A DNA stretch of 60,000 nt from Schmidtea polychroa (Eukaryota), in contig CM097885.1 of the NCBI GenBank assembly GCA_044892525.1, positions 23,066,001-23,126,000 of the forward strand, read 5' to 3'. Positions 1 to 60,000 of the stretch are shown piece by piece (within the stretch, counting starts at the first letter, position 1; each line of letters opens with the position of its first letter). A model generated the notes under the pieces. It was not told where the DNA came from and searched no databases. It saw nothing but the letters and a program-made list of their open reading frames with translations. The position numbers and the translations under genes are program-made.

Positions 1-939
1 TTGTAGAATATGAATTTAATTATTTTAATTTGAAAATATGGTTTAAATATTAAATTTAAAATAATTGAAAAATTTAGTCACCCATTGAATTCGATGGTAT
101 GAAATTCATTTTTTATACATGAACTCATGTTTTTATTACCATCTCAAAATGCATGAAGAAATCGAATGCAATTCTATTCTAACTTACATGTTTATCTATT
201 AAATAGATAAATTCATTTTTATTTAAAATTAAATTAGCGAAATGAGCAAAATATTCTATGTTCAAATTGAATTGTTGAATGATGAATATTTTAATTTGTT
301 ACAAATCTGGGAAAAACCAATTAAAGTAATTTGAAAACCCCCAAATGTTTACCTAAGATTTCCGAGAGATAATTGTTTGCAATAATCCTAATTCTGTAGA
401 TAATAGCCATTTCAGAAAAAGTATAAAAAAGACCTCAAAAACAGACAACGTGTTGGTGGAAGAAACAAGAGAGAGATTTGGCAAATAAGGCAATCAGCGA
501 TTGGATAACGAAATCCAATAATTGAAAGCAAGTTTAATTCTCGTACCAGAAAGGGTGATTACCCCTTGGATTGTCTATCTTAGCGAGCAATATTTATTTA
601 GAGAGAAAGGGGCAAATCTAGTTACGAGTTGTAATTTTGATTTAAGTTTAACAAAGTTATTTTGTGTTGGGTTTCGATTCATTTGCTTAAATAAGAACAA
701 GATGAACAGAGAAAACCGACTTGAAAAATAATAACCCAACAATATTATTTTGCATTTAAAAGTTTGATTTTGATTGTTTTATTAATATGTTTAACAATTC
801 CTTTTATGTTCTTACTTGAAAACAACCTTTTCATGTCTCTCCTAGTCCCTAACGCCAAAATCTGCCTTAAGATGGATAAAATGAAATTTTTACCTAAAAT
901 AAATACTTAACAAGAAATTATATTAAATGTTTATTGTAG

Positions 940-51098
<50,159 letters not shown>

Positions 51099-51301
51099 TT
51101 GAAATATTTGATGGGATTTCTAATGCGAAATTCAGTTAATATTATATATTTTAGTGATTCAATGTAATGACAGTTCGTATTTATCAATAATATAATTATT
51201 ATTACTTGTCAAACAGATTTATATTCGTTACCAAAATTATAAATAAATTAAATATTCTTAACTTGCCCGTCGAATGAAGGCAACATGATTATAACATAAT
51301 C

Positions 51302-51384
<83 letters not shown>

Positions 51385-51899
51385 GAGAATTATCTGTATA
51401 TTTGTGATTCTGGAACACTCATTTAAGTTACTTTTTGTAATAAGTAACTTAAATGAATAAATAAATAATAATAATTATTTTTTGTTATATTATGTTATTG
51501 CATTCTATATTAACCCCATAACCATATAGGTATATGAGGCCACATCGAACAGTCAAAATCAATAGCTTTTTAACACTATCAACTTTCTCGACTCTCAATA
51601 ATTTGCGGGCGAATGCTGCCAAACATAGACAGGCTATGTCGTATATGTCGTTAAAAATTTTAATAAAAATATCCGTATAATTTGGGTATATTTTGTTGAA
51701 TCTATAATCTCGGAAGTTGCTTTAGGGGATCAAATTTTACGATGGGAAGTCGACTCCTGATACAATTTTCAGTAGTTTAATGTACAGATGGAATTTAAAG
51801 ACAAATATAAATCAAGTTTAAAAAGTTCAAAAATATTATTTGCATCATACGTACGTTTTTGGTTTTCGAAAACACTGATTCGAACGCATGCAATAAGAT

Positions 51900-52670
51900 T
51901 CACATAAAGGACTTGGGATTTTTGAAGGAAATGGCGCCGTAGGCACCCGGGGAAAACCTAGTAATCATAAAAAGTTTGAAATTTATAGTTCTCGTTATTT
52001 TACATTCTATATTAAGTAAAGCTAAATCATTTAATCTTTCTTGAAGCATGGTTGATCTCTTGTAGTTGTTTATATTTGCTAGACTACTGAATGATCGCTC
52101 TCCTTGCGCAACTGTCGCTGGAATCGTGCAAAATATTCTTAGAAATTTGACCAAATTTGGTAGAATACTGAATTTTCAATTTTTTCATGTTGTTGAGAAT
52201 AATCACGGGCAACGGATATAATTCCTTGAAATTAGCGGTAAAAATAAACTTTAAGTGGAAAATTTCGTCAGTTTGCTCTGAATTAATATCCGTTGAATAC
52301 AATTCTTGAAGGACGCCAGCTTTGTGTTTAATTACGTTTTCTTCAAACCCCATAAAATATCTAACTGGTCGTTAATTGCTCTATTAACATTGAATCATCC
52401 ATTTATAGCCTCAGTAACATTTTGAGTAATCACATCAAAAACCTTCATTTAGAAATTTTTTTCATCTGTCAAATTATTTTTTTTTCGGAATCAGATGGAA
52501 AGTACTTTCTACTCAATCTTACAATTCTTCTTACTTTAAAATCAGAGTTCACCCCTGATTATTCAGCATAATCTTTTGCCTCGGAGAGAATTCCATCAGA
52601 AAGATATTGAATTTTAATTAATTCTTTGCTCAGAATTTTTATATTTAGAGTTTCATCTGATAACGTCATA
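51900..52670 (-). mobile_element. hAT transposase C-terminal fragment
   Basis: LRIFCTIPATVAQGERSFSSL..KRSTMLQERLNDLALLNIE dimerisation motif. Confidence 0.85.
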
Positions 52671-52793
52671 AAAATTGGAATAAATATACACCCGTTCCTA
52701 GATTTACACAGTACTTGTTTTACACAATTTCTCTTTTACACCGTTTGAAAAAAAAATTTTTTTTTGTATAATAATTTTTTTTAAACACCTTAA

Positions 52794-53311
<518 letters not shown>

Positions 53312-53419
53312 TTAATAACTGCCTCATGTAACAAATTTAAATATCTATATTTTTTGTTGTCAAAATTTATTTTAAAAATCAAATTTTTATAATTTCTTAA
53401 ATAACTTTTAACATGGTTA

Positions 53420-53980
53420 TTGATGCAAATGATTTGAAAGCGATACTAATGAAGAAAATGATTTTACATCAAAAATCATTCGAGAAGGACTTGAATTAGG
53501 TCGAAATTTGAGTAACCATTTTCTACAATATTGTCCAAATTTAGAACGGACTCTCGGGTTTAAGTGGGATATTAACAAATGTTTAGCTCAGTATGATAAA
53601 GTATACAAACATCTCAGTAAAAATCAGTCGTTATTTACGGATTTTTTTTACAAGTATCCTAGAACAGAAGGATCTATCAAATCTATCAATCATCACAAAA
53701 GGTTTCCAGTGAGGAAAGTGAAATATAACAAACCAAGAAGAAAGGAAAGGATATTGATGATAGTGATAAACATCTTGTTTTTTTAATTTTATACATGAAT
53801 TACATTTTTATTTTACGTTGTGTGAATAATAAATTTTATTTTTTAAGTTTTTTTTTGATATTATTAATTTATTATTTATATTTTACATTGAAATTAATGA
53901 ATTATTAAAACAATTTTATTTGATTTTTTTTCGATTTTCTGAGGTACCAATCTAGCATGAAAATCTGGGATAGGTGTATA
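53420..53980 (+). mobile_element. Tigger/pogo-like transposase 3' fragment
   Basis: IREGLELG..F..PNLER..F..I..Y..Y..Q..TDFF pattern typical of Tigger C-termini. Confidence 0.55.
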
Positions 53981-54107
53981 CAAAAAAACAATAAAATATG
54001 TCACCAATAGCCATTAATTTCAATACAAAAAAATAGTATTCTAGTTCAGTATTCTAGCACTTTTGGTTTTGACTTTCAAATGGAAAAATCTCGATTTTAT
54101 CCATAAT

Positions 54108-54339
54108 TTATACTTTTATTTCCGGAGAATTCAGAATTTTGATGAATTCTACAAAGATATCTCAAATTATATTTAAAAGTCTGAAATAAACCTTCTAGGT
54201 CCATAAATCCGTGCTCATCCACGCCAATCAATTGTACCAGTTCATCAGCTTCTTTTGGTGTCAGTTTTTCCCCATAATTAGTAATAATCTTCCAAAATTC
54301 TTCCTTTTGTATTTTCCCATTATTGTTTTTATCTAATAT
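54108..54339 (-). CDS. Calmodulin-like EF-hand protein, last two exons (54339-54192, 54148-54108)
   Basis: AG|ILDKNNNGKIQKEEFWKIITNYGEKLTPKEADELVQLIGVDEHGFMDLE|GT..AG|EFIKILNSPEIKV*; upstream exons not identified in the window. Confidence 0.8.
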
Positions 54340-55089
54340 CTAAATTGTACTATTTTATAATTTATTAATTTGTGTTTTTGATTAAGAAATTAAATATCAT
54401 TAAAATTGTTTCAATGTGAATAAAAATATATATTAAATTAAGAAAATAATTTATTAAAATTCTATAAATCAAGTGTATATGAAATAAAATTTAATAAAAT
54501 TATAAAAATACCAAAATAATGCGGAGAGAGAGAAACAAGTAAAAGCCTGGTCAGAGGAAATATTAAAGATTCAGATTATAGCAACAAAAACATTTCAACA
54601 GATCAAACGATGGAAAGAGGCCGCCAGAACAGAACTGCAAGAGTTACCAAAGAAATTATTGAGACCAATGAAAATGGAACTATGGGAAGATATAGAGCAT
54701 CAAAAAGAACTGGTCAAGGGATTTGAAAAATATATGTTAAGAGATTGTATCAATGAGTTGCGACAACAGCAAGCTATTGCATGGATCACGATACGGCCAG
54801 ATTCCACATCACGAATCCCTCTAGTACCAAAGATAGAAGAGACGTTGGTGTAAAGCGTCGATAATTCAAACAAACAACAATCATTTTCATTCCATCATCA
54901 AATATTTTCTAAATTTCTCAATGCAACAATAAATTTTTCCAACATTTTCAATCTATAATCAAACAAATTTATTCATTTCCAAAGAAATGTCATCAAACAA
55001 ACATTTTCATTGAAACATTTTAGTTTTATGTTGTTTAATAAAACTTGTAAAGAAACTATATTATCTTAGTTATTTTTTAAAATAAAGAA

Positions 55090-57010
55090 ATCAACAACAC
55101 CAATTAATGTGTATTAATATCAAAACATAACAAAACAATACAATGTTGTCCACGCCTAACTTTTAAAGGTTCTTAATATTTAATTCTGTTGTACACAATA
55201 GGTTTTAATAATTTCGATAACTTTGACACTAACAGAGGTGGATAATAGTAGCCCATATGATCAAACACTTTAATCTTTTCTGGTTTCACATAGACTTCTA
55301 TCCAATGTTCATCATTTAGACTTGATGATTGAATATCGACTATTATGGCATTGTTAATTTCAAAAAATAGATTCCAATGGAAAAACTCCTAAAAATCTGT
55401 GTCAAAATAGCTTTGTTGCAATTCGATTGAGCTGAAAAGAACTAAATTTAGTAAATCACTTGTTATAAATAAAACTTACTCCATACAACAACATTTTCAG
55501 CAACAACTTTGTTTAAACTAAAATTGTTCGATTGGCTGAAATTTGAATTTAGCTCTCAAAAGCTCCATGGATTTTCATTTTGCATTAATTGAGACTGATT
55601 CCAATCATAATCGGGAATCAAAATGAATGTGAAAATGGGTATTTATTTTTAAAATCTATAGTTTCGATTCCACAAATCAAATTCTTATCTAAATAACCGA
55701 TATTTCGAACTATAGATTGCATATATATCGCTGCATAATGAACTATTTTATTAGGCTTTTGTTTGAAAGGTTACAAGAATAAAATTTGGCAAACGTTTAT
55801 CACCAAATATTTGTTCTTTTAAAAATTTGGACACGTTTTTTTTGCAACAATATTTATGGTTTTCACAGGATAAATCGCATGTTGTAAATTAAAATCAATC
55901 TTATGACTTACCACTACTGACAACTCAACTCTTATTTGTCGAACAATTAATTTTGCATTAACCAACTGATATTTTGGAGCTGCTTCTACAACATATGTAT
56001 CCAAACAAAATTTTGAATTTGATCTCTTCATACAAATGTGTACTCCTGAAAGTAAATATTTCGATTCGTCCATAAAATTTAGTTGTAAGTAGGAAAACTT
56101 TAAAAATATCTTGATTTTGCAATACATGTTTTCCTAAATTCTTTAGTTCCACAACTCATTGGAGCAAGACAAACACTCTGTTTTATCTCCATTATAGTTT
56201 AAAGTTGTTTAAACCTTTTAAAACCTTTTTTTAAACCTATTAAACCTTTGTGTACATATGTATTGTTGCCACCTTTGATTTTGATATTATTAAATCCAAG
56301 AATCACATATTTAAACGGAATTCGAAACATATAGTTGCTAAGCAATAAATACTACAAGCAATAATACTACATCTATACCATCTGCCAGATTTTTCTTGTC
56401 TTAATCTACAATTTTCAATATAATGAATAATGGAGTATCATTCAAATCTAAATATTCTGTCTGTGAACCGTTAATAAAATATTTAACATCAGTTCTCGAA
56501 TCAGTAATTGAAATCATAGAAAATACATCTTCAAATACATCTTCAAATATTTTCAATTACTACTTGTGTAGATGGACAATCAAAAATGAACAATTCAGTT
56601 TCGCCGGAGATCATCATTTTCGAATATTATTCCACGACCTTTCATCTTTTTATTATACGAGATCTTCGTCGTTTATTCTAAATTTGATAAGTGTTAGTTT
56701 TTCTGTTGGTGGTGGTAATGAAGGTTTTTAGTTTCATTTGGTTTATCACTTTTTGCTGCACTAGGTATAAATTTCCAATTTCATTCATTGCTTGTCTATT
56801 CAATGTTGGTAGTATTTTTTGATCTTTCATTGTCACACCCTTTGCTGTTTTCATGCCAAAAGAACCAATCTTTTTAAGTATTAGAAGTACAAACCTTCCA
56901 ATTTATTGCAACCATCCGGATTAATATTGCTTAGCCATAAAATTTGATAACGCATCACCAGTTTGACTGTCACTATAAAGCGAAACAATATCAGGATTAG
57001 ACATCTTTAC
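55090..57010 (-). pseudogene. Decayed Polinton relic: core protein, major capsid protein, protease
   Basis: MSNPDIVSLYSDSQTG..IGRFVL..KKMKGRGIIFE; MISGETELFIFD..INGSQTEYLDLNDT..SKYLLSGV; FLGVFP..DEHW..RGQHC; same gene order as 21732-23719. Confidence 0.85.
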
Positions 57011-57129
57011 TTGATTATCAGTTGAAACATCAACCGGTTAAAACACCATCAGTTAAAATTTCATTTTTCATATCTTTATCACCGGAAATCCATTATTCAT
57101 TTTCATTGAAAGATATAAAATATGTTTTT

Positions 57130-60000
57130 AAAAATCAACTAAATACTAAAACGATACAAAGAACTAATGGAACCAGTCCAATTTGACGACAAGTCAGAAC
57201 AAACTACCGAACACACAATACTGACAAATGAAAATCCAGTACATGCAAAAGTAAGACCACTAGATCCAAAAAAAATAGAAATCACAAAAAACATTTTCAA
57301 CGAACTGTTGGAAAACAACATAGTCAAACATTCAAACTCAGCATGGTCTTCAGCACTGATGCTAAAACAAAAAGCTAATAGCGAATGGAGACTACTGAAT
57401 AAAATAACAGAGCCAGACAGCTACCCATTACCTATAATAAAAGACATAATAAACCGAATAAACGGCGCCAAATACTTTTCAAAAATTGATCTGCAAAAGG
57501 CATATCATCAGATCCCCATCAATAAAGAAGACGTAAAAAAAACAGTAATAACAACACCAATAGGAATGTTCTAGTGCAGTAGAATGCCTTTCGGTCTACG
57601 AAATGTCGCAGCAACTTTCCGGCAATTCATGGACCAAACAATGAAAAACAATAAAAACGCAATTGCTTAACTAGACGACATTCTAATTACAAGCCCAGAT
57701 AAAGCAACTCATTTAAAAGACGTAGAAAAAGTATTCGAAACGCTGAAGAAAGCAAAATTGAAAATAAATACACAAAAATGTGAATTTATGAAAACAGAAA
57801 TAAACTTCCTTGGTCACACACTAAACGACAAAGTAACACAACCAATTGAAAACAAAATAAACAGCATAAAAAATTACAAACTGCCGACAAACACAAGAGA
57901 GTTGAGGAAATTTCTAGGAATGGTAAACTTTTACCATTCTTACATCCCAAAATGCAGTAAACTACTAGCACCACTAAATGACATTATCAAGACAAAACGA
58001 AATGTCACAATAAACTGGACACAACAAACAACCGATACATTCGAAAAAGCCAAAGAAGTTTTTCAACGGCAACATTACTCGGTTACCCAGATCCAGAACT
58101 GGAGTACTAACTAACAACAGAATGTTCAGGTTTTGCAATGGGCGCAACAATTTTCCAGAAAAACAAATTCAGCAAACAACCACTAGGATTCTTCTCAAAA
58201 TAACTAAAGTCACACCAAACGAGATACTCAACATTCGACATAGAACTTCTAGCAATACACGAAACAATAAAACATTTTCAACATTTACTCGAAGGACGAA
58301 ACTTCAAAATATTTACAGATCACAAACTGCTAACTAACGCAACTGAAATGAAAAATCCTTCACCAAGGCAGATTAGACAAATCAACTTTATTTCACAATT
58401 CAACTGCACAATAAACTACGTAGCGGGAGAGTCAAAAATAGCAGCAGATTCTCTATCCAGAATTGAAAGTGGCATAACTCCCTGGAATTTGAAGAGATAA
58501 TCGAATTGGATCAAATCAAATCCAAACAAAAAGAAACTATAAACAAACTCCACACTAAACACAGCCTGAAACTACAAGAACTCAACGGAGTATGTCACGA
58601 CGTCTCCAACAAAAGCAACAAACGAATACTACTTCCCGAGGAATTCCGCCAAAACTCCATCGAAAAGATACACAAGATTAATTACCCTGGAAAGAAAGTA
58701 ACATTCGAACTAATACATAACAATTACCTATGGCCTAACATGCGGCAAGACATCAAAAACTATGTCAAGAGTTGTCACAGCTGCCAATTAAACAAAACAA
58801 CAAAAAAACCTAAAAGCACAAAATGCAAACTTTCCAAGCAGCGAAGTTTTTGAAACGATACACACAGATGTGGTAGGACAACTACCACCAAACGACAACT
58901 ACAAATACCTGCTGACAATTATAGACAGGAAATCCAACTGGTTCGAAGTGATCCCAATAAAAGAAATCACTGCAAAAAATATCTGCGAAATGATCGAACT
59001 AAATTGGATAAATATTGCCACAATAATTAAAAACAACCACAAAATGAAAGTAAACATAATGCGAATAAAACCCTACCACCTGAACCAAAACCCGCAAAAC
59101 AATCCACCAAAAGACAAAACACAAACTCAAACACAAACAAAACACAACCAATTCACAAAAACATCACATTCAACTACAAAAACTCAATCAAACTATTCGA
59201 CAAAGACACAATAATCACACCCCTATACAAAAAACAATAAAGTGATTGCCCAAATAAAAACACATGCACAAACAAAGTTTAGTTGTACAATTTTTATATT
59301 TTCTCTGGTTGTAAAACACAAAACAAAACACAAATAACCCAACACAAACCACAAAAACACATCTTTTGTAAATATGTAAATTTGGTTGAAATGTTAACCT
59401 CCGGTTTTAAAGGGGAGGTTGTGTAGAGTAGCGTTATGTTATTTTTTGATTTATAATTAGAAATTGCAAGGAATTTTCATTATTCGTTGTCACTTGTCGT
59501 GTGCGTTGGAAAAAAAACTTTATATAGCGATAATTCTCTATAGTGAATTATCGCTATAGAAAATTGACAGAAATAAAAAATTCGAAAAAAAAATCAATCA
59601 CAAAGAATAAATTAGAAAAATTATAGTCAACAGATTAAAGTTATTCTTTCCGTGAAATATATCCTATTGAATACAAATCTAAGGATCCATCCAAAGAGCT
59701 ATTAACTACAGATTAAAGTTATTCTTTCCATGAAATTTATCCTATTAAATAAAATTCTACGGATCCAGCCAAAGAGCAGAAGCCATTAGAAAATAACTTC
59801 CAAGGCAAAGAATCAAATAGATTTTATTTGGATTGCTTTATTATCCAAGCGACCTTGCAAGGCGCACAGCGAATAATTGTATTCTCGGCCTTTAGCGTAT
59901 CTAACAGAAGAATTTTACCCTGAAAAAAAACTATCTAGACAAACTACACGAAGTACTCATATTACGAGTTTGTCCGATCCTTCAGATCACCAGTCTAGGC
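57130..60000 (+). mobile_element. Ty3/Gypsy pol (RT-RNaseH-integrase), decayed, with PPT and probable 3' LTR running off the window
   Basis: [74 protein letters not shown] at ~59409 followed by TGT. Confidence 0.88.

Noticed and set aside
522..731. 69-aa ORF
   Set aside because: Non-ATG start, no recognisable motif, probably intronic
54500..54853. Helical coding-like stretch beside the Polinton relic
   Set aside because: May be a decayed accessory gene, but no start, family or homologue in the window supports it

Overview
AT-rich animal genomic DNA with (AAT)n microsatellites and many ~45-nt introns; a planarian-type flatworm is likely (inference). The host content is the 3' part of a multi-exon TRPM2-like cation channel gene (+, ~940-51098, ending in a degenerate NUDT9-homology domain) and the last two exons of a convergent calmodulin-like gene (-, 54108-54339). 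A 24.9-kb TRPM intron (8343-33217) holds a nested insertion series. The outermost layer is a hAT element (9259-32452, 8-bp TSD). Its transposase is split by a 21.9-kb Polinton/adintovirus-like element (9711-31611, 6-bp TSD) encoding ATPase, integrase, penton, core proteins, an intact major capsid protein, protease and a deleted pPolB. That Polinton carries a second AGTAGT-ended 7.6-kb non-autonomous element with ~2.5-kb inverted repeats in its left TIR and a Penelope retroelement in its right TIR. Most notable: the Polinton encodes a minimal TATA-binding-protein-like gene (a diverged second copy lies at ~45.2 kb), and several of its genes, including the integrase, contain host-sized GT-AG introns. 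The rest is Gypsy, Tc1, Merlin, piggyBac, hAT and Tigger debris plus older Polinton relics. All calls come from manual reading and motif recognition; no searches were run.
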